64,000 bases of DNA from an uncultured Planctomycetota bacterium. Lineage in GTDB: Bacteria > Planctomycetota > Planctomycetia > Isosphaerales > Isosphaeraceae. The notes beneath the pieces are model-generated. The model searched no databases. It was given only the letters and a program-made list of their open reading frames with translations, and was not told where the DNA came from. The DNA lies in NCBI GenBank assembly GCA_963845755.1, contig CAWJTV010000026.1, forward strand, positions 32,001 through 96,000, written 5' to 3'. How positions within the stretch are numbered: position 1 is the first letter of the stretch; each line of letters begins with the position of its first letter. Positions 21,447 through 32,036 of this stretch are shown here, piece after piece. A program made the position numbers and the translations under genes.

Positions 21447-22352
21447 ATGGCACGGATCACACTGGGCGCGGATCGATTCGACGCGGAGGCCAGCCGGGCG
21501 GAATATCGCGGGCTGGAGATGGGAGATATCCTGTATTTCCCGGTCTCGCCACCTCTGCTCTCCGAGCCGGACCGGGCGTTCCTGGTCACGCAGAAGCAGG
21601 TCAACGCCGCGTATCACAAGAACGTCAGTTATCGTCCGCTGGAGGATCGCCTCAAGGGGGTTGACCAGGACGACGCGGCGCAGCGCGAGCGGGTCCACGG
21701 GATCATGCGTGGCTACTCTCAACGGGCGATCGCCTTCATGTCAACGTTGTTGAACCGGTATGCGACGAGCTGGAAGATCGACTTCGCCAGCTTCCGGCCG
21801 ATCGAGGAGGAAGGGCGTCAGGTCTCGCTGCACTCGCGGAACGACTTGCTGCATTTCGATTCGTTCCCGACCCGGCCGTCGTACGGCGATCGCCTGCTGC
21901 GGATCTTCACGAACATCAACCCGGAGCGGCCGCGGGTCTGGCTCACCACGGACCACTTCGAGGATCTGGCCGGCCGGTTCGCCGAACGGGTCGGGCTCCA
22001 TCGCCGGCCGGGTGCGCTGGAGACTTGCAAGCACTGGACGGTCCGGGCCGCGGCGAAGCTCGGCTTGCCGGTGGTTGACCGGCCGCCGTACGATCGGTTC
22101 ATGCTCCGGATCCACCACGCGATGAAGGAGGACGCCGGCTTCCAGCAATCGTGCCGCAAGGACCGCTGGGAGTTTCCCGCCGGCTCGACCTGGATCGTCT
22201 TCACCGACAGCGCCAGCCACGCTTGCCTGAGCGGACAATATATGCTGGAACAGACCTTCATCGTCCGCAGGTCCAGCCTGACCTGCCCCGAGAAGGCCCC
22301 GATTGCGATCCTGGAGAAGCTCGCGGGCCATCCGCTGGCCCGCAGCGCGTGA
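21447..22352 (+). CDS. Kdo hydroxylase (KdoO-like) family dioxygenase
   Basis: KNVSY, ASFRPIEE, LLHFDSFPTRP, RLLRIFTNINP, FPAGSTWIVFTD..SHA..SGQYMLEQT. Confidence 0.8.
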   Translation: MARITLGADRFDAEASRAEYRGLEMGDILYFPVSPPLLSEPDRAFLVTQKQVNAAYHKNVSYRPLEDRLKGVDQDDAAQRERVHGIMRGYSQRAIAFMSTLLNRYATSWKIDFASFRPIEEEGRQVSLHSRNDLLHFDSFPTRPSYGDRLLRIFTNINPERPRVWLTTDHFEDLAGRFAERVGLHRRPGALETCKHWTVRAAAKLGLPVVDRPPYDRFMLRIHHAMKEDAGFQQSCRKDRWEFPAGSTWIVFTDSASHACLSGQYMLEQTFIVRRSSLTCPEKAPIAILEKLAGHPLARSA

Positions 22353-22394
22353 GCAACAACGACTCATCCTGAGAAACGTTCCAGGAGTTGCGCG

Positions 22395-23408
22395 ATGAGC
22401 CGGACGTCGTTCGTCGCGATCATGACCCTCTCGGCAGGACTGACCCTTTCCGCGGACGCGCCGGCCCAGCGCGTGTCGCCGGACGTGAAGGTCACGAACC
22501 CCCGAGCCTACGACGTCACCATCACCACGACGTTCGTCGTGCCCGAGCACGGAACGACGCCGACTCATCTGGGGGTCTGGCACGCGCTGCCGAACGCACG
22601 ACCCTGGGACGGGCAGGACCGGACCCTGGGTGCCTCGGCGATCGCCTACCGGCCGGAAACCGGTCATGTGGTGCACCTCGCCAGCAACGAGTCGCAGAGC
22701 GTCTTCTGGGAAACCCGCGAGCGGCTGAAGCCCGGCCAGAAACTCGAGTTCGTCAGTCGCTTTCGCGTCCGGTCGGCGGATCGCACCTTCGACCCCAGCA
22801 AATCGACCGCCCGCTGGTCCGATTATCATCGCCGGGTTGGTGAGAACCCACCCGAAGTCGGCGGCGACCTCGCCGCCCTCGTGGACGCGATCAAGAAGGA
22901 CCATCCCCCCGCCGAGGCGGCGCTCGCGTTCTGCAAGTGGATCGCCGGCCACATCGAGTACGACGCCTCGGTTCCCTATGGCCCCCGCGATCTGGCCGCG
23001 ATCCTCGCGCAGAAGAAAGGCCACTGCGGCCACCAGATGACCCTCTTCGAGGCCATGTGCGCGCGAGCCGGGATCCCGACGAGACCCGTCCTGGGATTGA
23101 ACTTGTATGCCCCCGACGGCGTCGGCTCGCTCCACAAGATCCGACCCGATTTCGAGAACCAGCACACGTGGGTGCAGATCTACCTCCCCGGCTCGGGCTG
23201 GGTCGAAATCGACCCCGGCGCCGGTCCGAAAGCCTACACGATCCCGGCGCAGCTCATCCAGAACAGCACGGATTTCCAGAACTATGTCATCTGGATCCGC
23301 GAAGACGGAACCTGGAAGCAGCCCGACTGGGAATATCGCGACGGGAAATGGTTTTCCCCGTACTCCATCGAAAACCGCAGGACGTTCCGGCGGGTCGAGA
23401 CGAGGTAA
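22395..23408 (+). CDS. Secreted transglutaminase-like protein
   Basis: Signal peptide; GHC...MCARAGIPTR...HTWVQIYLPG.GWVEIDP (Cys-His-Asp triad). Confidence 0.85.
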   Translation: MSRTSFVAIMTLSAGLTLSADAPAQRVSPDVKVTNPRAYDVTITTTFVVPEHGTTPTHLGVWHALPNARPWDGQDRTLGASAIAYRPETGHVVHLASNESQSVFWETRERLKPGQKLEFVSRFRVRSADRTFDPSKSTARWSDYHRRVGENPPEVGGDLAALVDAIKKDHPPAEAALAFCKWIAGHIEYDASVPYGPRDLAAILAQKKGHCGHQMTLFEAMCARAGIPTRPVLGLNLYAPDGVGSLHKIRPDFENQHTWVQIYLPGSGWVEIDPGAGPKAYTIPAQLIQNSTDFQNYVIWIREDGTWKQPDWEYRDGKWFSPYSIENRRTFRRVETR

Positions 23409-23752
23409 GTCCCGAAAGCCCGCGTAGCGGGCGGTATTGCCGTAGCCTGGCGTCAGCCCCAGGACGATTCTGTTGATCCTCGTCAACGTCCCCAGCTCAA
23501 GATCCCAAGCACCCCTTGCACTTCCGATGGGGACATCCTACATTCAATCCATCGGTGGGCTCATCGCAGCAAGACAGAAGAGCCCGTCGAGGAGGCGCTC
23601 CCTCCGGACTCCCTCTTGCGCCTCATCCAGTCGCTGTCGTACTCGAGAGGCTGTGTAGAATTCAGAGAAATGCCGGCGAGACGTACAGAGAGAGGTGTAC
23701 ATGTCTTGCCCTCGCGCGCTGATGTCAATCGATTGGAGCGGAGCTTTCGTCC

Positions 23753-25149
23753 ATGAGTGACCGACTGACAGGACGCTGGCGAACCAGGTGGAGGCGGTGG
23801 ATGGCCGCCCGGAGAAGAGCCGGAGGGACGGTCCATCACAGGTCCCGGCTGCGGGTCGAAGGACTGGAGGGGCGTGCGCTGCTGGCGAGCATCACGGAAT
23901 TCCCGATCCCGTCGAACTCGGGCTCCGCGGCCAGATCGTCGCCGGACCGGACGGCAACCTCTGGTTCACCGAGAATGATGCGGTCTCCAACAGCATCGGC
24001 CGGATTACGCCCAGCGGCCAGGTCACCGAGATCAAGCTCCCGACCCCGGGCGCCAACCCGTACGGGATCACGGTCGGGCCGGACAACAACCTCTGGTTCA
24101 CCGAGGAATTCGGGGGCAACATCGGTCGGATCACCACCTCCGGACAGATCACCGAATTCCCGATCTCCAGCAATTCATCAGGACAGTTCCCCGAAGGGAT
24201 CACGACCGGTCCGGATGGCAACCTCTGGTTCACCGAGAGCCTCGGCCACGCGATCGGCAAGATGACCACGACCGGTCAGGTCACCGAGTATCCGCTCCCG
24301 GCCTTGTCGTCCCCCACGAACATCACCGTGGGGCCCGATGGCAATCTCTGGTTCACGGATCCGGGCACCGACTCGGTGGGCATGATCACGACCAGCGGGC
24401 AAGTCACCGAGTACAAGCTCCCCTCGATCACCGCCGACCCGGACGGTATCGTGACCGATCCGCAGAACCACAGCCTCTGGATCACCGAGGATTTCGACGG
24501 CAAGATCGCCGAGATCTCTCCCGACGGCCAGGTGCTCAACCAGTACACGGTCCCGGGTGACTTCCCCCAACCCAGCGGGATCACCGTCGGGCCGGACGGC
24601 AACCTCTGGTTCACCGAGAAGGGGGGCAAGAACATCGGCGTGCTCAACCTCGCCGGCGGTCAGATCACCCAATTCCCCGTCCCGGGCACAAATCCCCAGA
24701 CAGTCGGGATCGCGGTCGGACCAGGCGGCAACCTCTGGTTCACGGATCAGGGAAACAAGAGTATCGGTGAAGTCGTGATCGGCTCACCGACACCGACACC
24801 GACACCCACGCCGACACCGACACCGACACCCACGCCGACACCGACACCCACGCCGACACCGACGCCCACACCGACACCGACGCCCACGCCGACGCCCACA
24901 CCACCGCCCACACCGACGCCCACACCGACACCGACGCCCACACCGACACCGACGCCCACACCGACACCGACGCCACCGCCTACGCCGCCGCCCGCGCCGG
25001 CGCCAACACCCGGGCCCATTCGACATCGACGGCCACCGCGACCCGTCCATCGACAGCCACCGCGACCCGTACACCCACATCCAGCCCAACGCCGACATCA
25101 TGTCAAGTCCCGGCCCTTACCGCTGCGGGACGAACCAAGAAAGGCTTGA
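23753..25149 (+). CDS. Secreted Vgb-like (GPDGNLWFT) beta-propeller protein with Pro-Thr tail (frameshift near 23925)
   Basis: N-terminal [15 protein letters not shown] planctomycete motif in frame 23753; about 7 [10 protein letters not shown] repeats in frame 23788. Confidence 0.8.
24787..25017 (+). repeat. Coding hexamer repeat (CCGACR)n encoding a (PT)n linker
   Basis: More than 30 Pro-Thr/Pro-Pro units in frame. Confidence 0.9.
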
Positions 25150-25194
25150 ACCCTACAGAGCACGGCGCCCCGACCGCAGAACCGTGAATGCACC

Positions 25195-25239
25195 CAGGTT
25201 TCCAGCCTGACACGACCGGACGTCAGGCTGGAAAACCTG
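25195..25239. terminator. Hairpin/REP-like element between convergent genes
   Basis: CAGGTTTCCAGCCTGAC ... GTCAGGCTGGAAAACCTG. Confidence 0.55.
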
Positions 25240-25268
25240 ACCCGCGAATCCGAAATCGATGGTCCCGC

Positions 25269-27890
25269 TCACCGGCCGATGATCACGACGCCTTCATCCC
25301 CTTGCACGGTGATGCGTTGCTCGCTGTGGATGCGCTCCGTAGCCACCCCGGTGCCCAGCACTGCCGGGATCTGATACTCCCGTGCGACGATCGAGCTGTG
25401 GCTGAGCGGGCCGCCGACGTCGGTGACGACGCCGGCCGCGATCGCGAACAACGGCGTCCAGGCGGGCGTCGTGATCTTGGCGACGAGGATCTCGCCCCGA
25501 CGCATCCGGTCGAACTCCTGAGGACCCGGGATGACCCGTGCCACGCCGGAGACGCGGCCGGGACTGGCACCGATCCCGCGAATGGTGTCGCCGGTCGGCT
25601 GATCGGTCTGCGCGGGCATCCATCGGCTGAAATCGATCCCGAAGAACCGCGCGCCTCCCTTGATCGGGAACACCACCGGCGGCGTGACCGTCCGCTCGCG
25701 CTCCCACGTCGCGCGCCGCTCCACCACGAGCTGGCGATGATCGGAAGGCGTTCGATTCGCGTCGAGTGCGCGGGCCGCCGTCTCGACCTCGTCCTGCTTC
25801 AACCAGAACACATCCTCGCAACTGGCGAGACCGCCCGCCGCGACCAACCGCCGGCCGATCTCGTGGAGCATCCGGCGCAGGATCGGCCAGCCGAGCCCCA
25901 CATCGGCCAGCGCGTCTTCACGAAGAGGCGCGTATCGTTGTGCCCATCGGAGCAGTCCTCTGAACCATCGCAACCGCAGTCCTCTTAGGCGCGCCACCAG
26001 GGTTTGCGTGGCCTGCTCGCGCGCCGACGCGGTTGCCGACTGTCGCTCGTGAGGGCTCCGCATCTCACCGCGAAGAAAAAACTTCAAAGTCTCCAGCAAG
26101 GGCGCGGGCTCATCGGCCGGGAGGCCCTTGGCGAAATCCAGGTCATACACGGCGTGGCCGAATCGATCGAGATGCTCTGATAACCGATGGCAGAACTCAT
26201 GCCATGCGCCCTGATCGGCGATCGGCGATGAAGCCGATCGATAGACTGATCCGATCTCGGCGCCGGGCGTGTCGGCAAGGTACGCGGTGAGTCCCGGATG
26301 AGTGCGCGCCCACAACGCGAGGTCATACAACGACTTCTCGGCCAGGATCGGAGCGCTGTCGTAGCCGAGGAAGTACGTCAGGGCGGATGGCTCGTCCCTT
26401 CGCTTGATCAGGCGGTTATAGAAGTTGTTGAAGATCATCTCGCTACTGTACGCGGCAGGGAGGATACCGCTCTGGATCGTCAGATAGTGGTCTGCCGCCA
26501 CCTGAACGATCTCGCGCGTGCCGTCGAGGAGTTGGGACGCGGACGTTGCGCTCAGATCGCGCGCCGACCAATCGGCGACGACCGCCGCGTATCGAGGCCG
26601 TGCCTCATCGGCCCACCGCGTCTGGGCCCTCCTCATCCAATCGAGCCCGCGCGGAATCAACTTCCGCAGACCCCGCAGCATCTTCCACCCGCCGAACGGA
26701 CTGAAATCGTAATAGGCGTAATCGTTAATCGTCAGGAGGAACTCCTCGGGAAACACGCGCTCGAGTCCGATGGCCTGCGCCAGGCCACGGTAAGCCACGT
26801 TCCACCTCGGCACGGCCAGGGTTGCGAACAGCGGCGAGAGCGGATCCGGCAGCAGCTCGATGACGCTGCTGCCGCCGTACCGGCCCTTTGGCTGCGGCAG
26901 CGTCCAGTCGAGCGCCGGTCGCGGCTCGGGCAGCGCCGTGATCGGCCTCGCCTGGAGGATGAAGATCTGCCCATCGTTCAAGGCCCATTCGATGTCCATC
27001 GGCCGGCCGTATAGTTGCTCGATCCGGACGCCCAGTCGCGCCAGCTCCGCGGCTTGCCGGGGTTGGAGCGCAGCCTCCTGGCGCTTCTCGGCCGGCACGG
27101 GTTCTTCGCGCGTGCCTTCGGCCAGCCGCACCGTCATCACGTCCTTGTCGGCCAGGTCTTGCGATTTCGGCGCGCCCGTCTGCTTGTCGATCACGATCGT
27201 ATCCGGCGTGACGTGGCCGCCGACGATCGCCTCGCCCAGCCCCCACGCTGCGTTGATCATGACTTCGTCGCGCGCCCCGGTCATCGGATTCGCCGTGAAG
27301 AGGATGCCCGCCGCGTCGGCGGGCACGAGTTGCTGGACGACGACCGCGATCGCCACGTCCTCCGGGCGGATGCCCTGACGCGCACGGTAGCCGAGGGCCC
27401 GCGCCGTCCACAACGACGCCCAGCAGCGCTTCACGGCCTCGAGAACTCGTTCGCCGCCGCGCACGTTGAGATACGTGTCCTGCTGGCCCGCGAACGACAG
27501 ATCGGGCAGATCCTCGGCCGTCGCCGACGACCGCACCGCGACGGCGGGATCATCGGTGCCCAGATCGCCATACGCCCGGCGAATCGAGGCCGCGATGTCG
27601 TCGGGGATTGTTCCCTGGACGATCCGCGATCGGATTTGCTTCGAGAGTTCGTCGAGCATGGTGGGGTCATCGGCCGTCGCCCGCGACGCGATGGATACGA
27701 TCGCGTCGGCGAGGTGATTCTCGCTCACAAAGCGTCGATACGCCTGCGTCGTGATGTGGAACCCAGGCGGCACGGGTAGGCCCGCCATCGCCAGTCGCGC
27801 CAGCGACGCACCCTTGCCGCCGACCCGTTCGAGCGTAACGTCGGGGCTGTCCAATCCGAGGATCCCTGCCTCATCGCCTGGCACATTCAT
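25269..27890 (-). CDS. PEP-utilising phosphotransferase with rifamycin-phosphotransferase-like architecture
   Basis: N-terminal ATP-grasp (VGGKGASL, AVRSSATAED, SFAGQQDT, DIEWA, ILQARPIT); C-terminal His-swivel GGPLSHSSIVAREY; no C-terminal TIM barrel. Confidence 0.85.
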   Translation of the reverse strand: MNVPGDEAGILGLDSPDVTLERVGGKGASLARLAMAGLPVPPGFHITTQAYRRFVSENHLADAIVSIASRATADDPTMLDELSKQIRSRIVQGTIPDDIAASIRRAYGDLGTDDPAVAVRSSATAEDLPDLSFAGQQDTYLNVRGGERVLEAVKRCWASLWTARALGYRARQGIRPEDVAIAVVVQQLVPADAAGILFTANPMTGARDEVMINAAWGLGEAIVGGHVTPDTIVIDKQTGAPKSQDLADKDVMTVRLAEGTREEPVPAEKRQEAALQPRQAAELARLGVRIEQLYGRPMDIEWALNDGQIFILQARPITALPEPRPALDWTLPQPKGRYGGSSVIELLPDPLSPLFATLAVPRWNVAYRGLAQAIGLERVFPEEFLLTINDYAYYDFSPFGGWKMLRGLRKLIPRGLDWMRRAQTRWADEARPRYAAVVADWSARDLSATSASQLLDGTREIVQVAADHYLTIQSGILPAAYSSEMIFNNFYNRLIKRRDEPSALTYFLGYDSAPILAEKSLYDLALWARTHPGLTAYLADTPGAEIGSVYRSASSPIADQGAWHEFCHRLSEHLDRFGHAVYDLDFAKGLPADEPAPLLETLKFFLRGEMRSPHERQSATASAREQATQTLVARLRGLRLRWFRGLLRWAQRYAPLREDALADVGLGWPILRRMLHEIGRRLVAAGGLASCEDVFWLKQDEVETAARALDANRTPSDHRQLVVERRATWERERTVTPPVVFPIKGGARFFGIDFSRWMPAQTDQPTGDTIRGIGASPGRVSGVARVIPGPQEFDRMRRGEILVAKITTPAWTPLFAIAAGVVTDVGGPLSHSSIVAREYQIPAVLGTGVATERIHSEQRITVQGDEGVVIIGR

Positions 27891-28008
27891 CGTGCGACCT
27901 CCAGCCGATCTTCGGTGTGAATCGAGCGGAGTAGCGTGCTCTGTGAGCACCGATCCTTCACCGGCCCTGCGCGGTGTTCACCGAGCACCCTGCTTGGCCG
28001 GCTCGGGC

Positions 28009-29871
28009 TCACGAAGCCCGCTTCGTCACGGTTTCCAGGATGGACTGCTCACGGGCCTGGAACAGGTTCCCGAGCAGTTCCAGCGACAACCAGTAAATCA
28101 GGACGACCACCGCGCATTCGACCAGGGACAGGACCAGGCAGATCGGGGCGGCCGCCGGCCAACCCAGGTGCCTCAGGCCCGCCTCGATTCCCAGCGGCAG
28201 CAGCGTCGGTCCCTGGGTCAACGGCAGGAGAAAGAGCGTCATCACGAGCTGCAGTAGGACGGTCGTCGTCTTCGGATTCGAGGGCTTCAGCGAACCCGCG
28301 GCGATTGGGAACGGGGCGTAGATCGAGAGCAGGTTCGTGAAGAGGCAGAAGAGCAGGAACATCGAAACATACTGCGGGACCATGGCCACGAAATGATCGA
28401 TCCGCATGGGACAGAGCACCTGCACGGCCACCAGCACGATCGCGGCCATTCCCAGGGCCACCGGGGCGAATGACAGATTCTTGCCGAGCAGGATGTCCCG
28501 CCGGGACGCGGAAGACAGCACGAACACGCGAAAGCCGTCGCGGTCGAACCCGAATTGATTGCCCATGAGCTGCATCATGCCCATGAGAACGACGCCCATC
28601 CCGCCGATGCCGACGAGCGGCCTCATCAACTCCGGCATATCGTGACGCCCTCGAAACACCGCGGAGCCGAAGATGGGGATCATGATCAGGGGTGACAACA
28701 GCATCATCTTCGCCTCGGGCGACCGGATGAGCGACCGCAAGCCCCCCAGCGCGATGGCCGAAACCGGCTCCGACACGCCAGGAAGGCGGGCCTCCAGCAG
28801 CAGGCCGCCCGGTTTCCGGGCGGTCGCCGGCGACGCGACCGCGGCCACCGGCGCCGGCCGGTCCTTCCGGTTCGAGGTCTGCCCCACATAGAGTCCGACC
28901 GTCGTGCGATACGCCCGCCAGAGACTGACGGTCCCGATCAGCGTCATGCCCAGCAGACCCAGGATCGACGGCAAGACGTGGCCCTCCGCCGCCGCCTCGA
29001 CGCCCATCGGCAGCCATCCGAAGGGGATGATCCGATTTGCGAGCCGCGCGGTGCGCTCCCAGCGCACGGTAGTGACGCGGTCGAACTCCTGCCTCTCGGT
29101 CTCGAACTTTTGCAGGATTTCCTGCGATCGACGCGAGACCTCCGCAGGATTTAACTTCTGCGATTGAGCCGTGCGTTTCAGCGTCTCCATCTCCTGCACC
29201 AGGTCCTTCGACCGATCTAAACGCTGTTGGGCTGCCCTCTGCATCCCCCCCATCGCGAAGTAATTCATCAGGTTCGGCAACTGGACGATGAGGATGAACG
29301 CCGCCGTCGTGACCACGATCACGGTCCGTCGGCGGCGGGGGTTGCTCATCAGCGCGGCCAGCCAGCCCTGGAGCTGATAGGTCAGGGCCGTGACCATCAG
29401 CAGGAGAGCCAGCAATGCCGGCAGGACGGGCAGCAGCGACCATCCCTTGACGTAGATCAGGGCCAGCGCATACGCGAGCATCACCGGCGCGAACAGGATC
29501 AGGCTCAGGCGGAACAGCGAGCTGAGATAGTTGATCAAGAACGCTCCGTTGACCGAGACGGGCAGGTGCAGGAACTTCGACAGGGACAGCGGCTCGGACC
29601 GCTGCAACTCGGTGATCAGGCCGATGCCCCAGAAGAACAGGAAGGCGACGATCATCCCGTCCCACGCATACATCAGGTGCACCGGCGCGGCCTTGGGGAT
29701 CAGATACAGGCCGAGCATCAACGAGCCGACGAATAACGGGATGACCGTGAGCAGCAAGATGAACGTGATGATCGTCAGCAGCACGGCGTTGAAGGCGCCG
29801 GCGCGGCGCCACTGGTTGATCGTCATCCGCCAGCGCAGCCAGACGAAGGCCCGCAAGTGTTGCCAGTTCAC
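28009..29871 (-). CDS. ABC-2 type exporter permease
   Basis: Multiple TM helices, NQFGFDRDG..ILLGKN; GTG start overlaps the ATPase stop. Confidence 0.75.
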   Translation of the reverse strand: MNWQHLRAFVWLRWRMTINQWRRAGAFNAVLLTIITFILLLTVIPLFVGSLMLGLYLIPKAAPVHLMYAWDGMIVAFLFFWGIGLITELQRSEPLSLSKFLHLPVSVNGAFLINYLSSLFRLSLILFAPVMLAYALALIYVKGWSLLPVLPALLALLLMVTALTYQLQGWLAALMSNPRRRRTVIVVTTAAFILIVQLPNLMNYFAMGGMQRAAQQRLDRSKDLVQEMETLKRTAQSQKLNPAEVSRRSQEILQKFETERQEFDRVTTVRWERTARLANRIIPFGWLPMGVEAAAEGHVLPSILGLLGMTLIGTVSLWRAYRTTVGLYVGQTSNRKDRPAPVAAVASPATARKPGGLLLEARLPGVSEPVSAIALGGLRSLIRSPEAKMMLLSPLIMIPIFGSAVFRGRHDMPELMRPLVGIGGMGVVLMGMMQLMGNQFGFDRDGFRVFVLSSASRRDILLGKNLSFAPVALGMAAIVLVAVQVLCPMRIDHFVAMVPQYVSMFLLFCLFTNLLSIYAPFPIAAGSLKPSNPKTTTVLLQLVMTLFLLPLTQGPTLLPLGIEAGLRHLGWPAAAPICLVLSLVECAVVVLIYWLSLELLGNLFQAREQSILETVTKRAS

Positions 29872-30645
29872 GAGGCCGCCTCCTCGAGCCAGTTCAGCTT
29901 GGGCGCGGCCTCGAGGTCCGCGCCCGCCTTTTCCAGGAAACAATCTTCCAGCGAACCCCGCTGGCGAATCGATTCCAACGAGGCCTGTTCGACCAACTGC
30001 CCTTTGACGATGATGCCCACGTGCGTGCAGAGCCGCTCGACGATTTCCAGGATGTGCGACGTCAGGAAGACCGTCGACCCGCGCGCGACGAACCCCGCGA
30101 GGATCTCGCGGATCACCCGCGAGGTCACCGCGTCAACCCCCTCGAATGGCTCGTCCAGGAACAAGAGATCGGGATTGGGCAAGAGGGTCGCGGCCATCGC
30201 CAGCTTCTTCTTCATGCCATGCGAGTATTCCAGCGTGAGCTTCTTCTCCTCGTCCTGGAGGTCTAGGAGCGCGAGCAGCTCGTCGGAGCGGCTGCGGATG
30301 GTGTCCCGCGGCATGAGGTGGATGCGGCCGACGAACGTGAGATACTCGCGGGCCGTCAGGTTGTCGAACAGGGCCAGGTCTTCCGGAATGACCCCCATGC
30401 GGCGCTTGGCCTCCAGCGCCTCCTTGGGATCGCGCATGTTCGCGCCCCAGCACGATCATATGCCCGGTCGACGGGGCCAGGAGTCCCGTCAGCATCTTGA
30501 TGGTGGTCGACTTCCCCGCGCCGTTAGGACCCAGGAACCCGTAGAAGGTGCCGCGCTCGACGGCCAGCTCGATGGACTTCACGGCGCAAAAGTCGTTGAA
30601 GAACCGCGTCAACTTGTGCGTTTCAATCGCCAGCGTCATGGACAT
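29868..30645 (-). CDS. ABC transporter ATP-binding protein (frameshift near 30440)
   Basis: GPNGAGKST Walker A; YSHGMKKK signature; LFLDEP; TSH. Confidence 0.85.
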
Positions 30646-30878
30646 CACTCTCTGAAGATGGTTCGTCGATGAACCACATGACGATAACACACTCCGGTGA
30701 GCCAGGCTACGACCGCATCGAGGCTGAGGACCATCCTCGCGCATCTCGGAGGTGCTTGCAAGCAGGCTCCCCGAACTTGAGCGGCGGAATTGCTTCGAGT
30801 AGAATCAAGGAATCATGAGAGCGGCCCAGGAGTTCCGTGAGTCGAAGCGGCTTCGGGGCGAGGCTGAGGAGATGAGAG

Positions 30879-31167
30879 ATGAAGATCGGACCGTTCGAAC
30901 TCGAGTATCGCGCAGTTCATCGCGCTGAGCCAATTGTCGGAAGCCGAGCAAGCCACGATCAAAGAGCGGGTGGCAGCCCTCGCGGATCTCACGCCGAGTG
31001 AGTGACCAGCGCACATCGCCAGGCGGCCGGACGTGGTTGACCCGATGTACGTGCTACCCATCGATTCAAGCCTGAGAGTTCTGATTTCGGCATCCGCGGG
31101 CCATGTCTCGGTGGTAGAGGACATCGTCCGACGCGAGGCCTTGCTGCAGTTTGCCAATTCCATGTGA
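30879..31167 (+). pseudogene. Decayed small RelE-fold-like gene
   Basis: MKIGPFELEYRA/(indel)FIALSQLSEAEQATIKERVAALADLTPSE*PAHIARRPDVVDPMYVLPIDSSLRVLISASAGHVSVVEDIVRREALLQFANSM*; internal TGA at 31003-31005. Confidence 0.45.
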
Positions 31168-31183
31168 GCGGAGAAGTCGATTC

Positions 31184-31350
31184 ATGTCCGACTTCGCCAA
31201 TCATGCGTTCGACTCTCGCGCGGCCCATGCTGAGGTTACGGAATTTCAGGCACTGCTTCTCGGCAATCCCGTCTTGAAGTAGGGCGATTTCTGCGAATTC
31301 TTCCGGGCTCGGCCTCATGCCTCAGCCCTCATCGGACATCGCATGTCCGG
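31184..31350 (+). pseudogene. Possible N-terminal relic of a Shedu/DUF4263-type nuclease
   Basis: MSDFANHAFDSRAAHAEVTEFQALLLGNPVLK*GDFCEFFRARPHASALIG; TAG at 31280-31282; recognised from memory only. Confidence 0.35.
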
Positions 31351-31494
31351 CGAACCCTCTCCAGCCCGAGCGGTGTCGGCATTGGCACGGGGCTTCCGAT
31401 TGCGGTAGGCTGATCGGGCGAGAGATATTCAGTGACTGTCCGAGGACCTAGAGCGATTAACAGATGGATTGCCCACAGTAACCGTCGCGGTTCG

Positions 31495-31687
31495 GCGGCC
31501 TGAAAGGCCGCAGGAGCCCAGCCCCGGGTGAAACCCGGGGTCCGCGGGGCACCCCTCAATCGCCGGCGGCCTGAAGGGCCGCAGGAGACCCCCTCCGGGC
31601 ACCCTTTCGGGGTGCATGACGAGGGCGGGTGCGACCGAGTTCCCGGGGTTTCACCCCGGGCTGGGTTCCTGCGGCCCGTAGGGCCGC
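31495..31687. repeat. REPIN-like composite palindrome
   Basis: CGGCCTGAAAGGCCGCAGGAGCCCAGCCCCGGGTGAAACCCGGGG (31496-31540) with an inverted copy at 31642-31686; related unit at 61714-61759. Confidence 0.75.
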
Positions 31688-32036
31688 CGGAGAGCGTCCC
31701 CAGCACCGGCCGCGTGCGCAACCCAATCGATCGGCGCTCGAGAGCGCCTAGCACTCGCATTGGGCAAGCGGTCGATTCGGATGGGGATCCCCTCATCCGC
31801 CCTTCGGGCCCTTCTCCCCGGCGGGGAGAGGGTTGGAGTGAGGGGGCGACCTGGGCGTAAGCCAGCCGTGAAGCGCTCTAGGAGGGTGAGTGGAACCCAC
31901 CGACAAAGCTGCCCTATACCGGTGGGTTTCACCTACCCTACAAAGGCCGGACTCCGTCCTCGGACCGTTTCCAATATGAGTGAGGCCCGATTATCGCGTC
32001 ATCGCTCGGATGAGCGCGAATAGGGAGATGTCGGCG

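Noticed and set aside
23788..24780. Virginiamycin B lyase resistance gene
   Set aside because: The repeats sit in a secreted surface protein with a PT stalk; more likely a structural propeller
24787..25017. Non-coding satellite or CRISPR-like repeat; GV-repeat antisense ORFs
   Set aside because: It is an in-frame Pro-Thr linker; the antisense ORFs are shadows
31003..31005. Second candidate Sec UGA
   Set aside because: Context suggests a TGG-to-TGA change (E-W-P), there is no clear SECIS-like stem, and the ORF also has an indel
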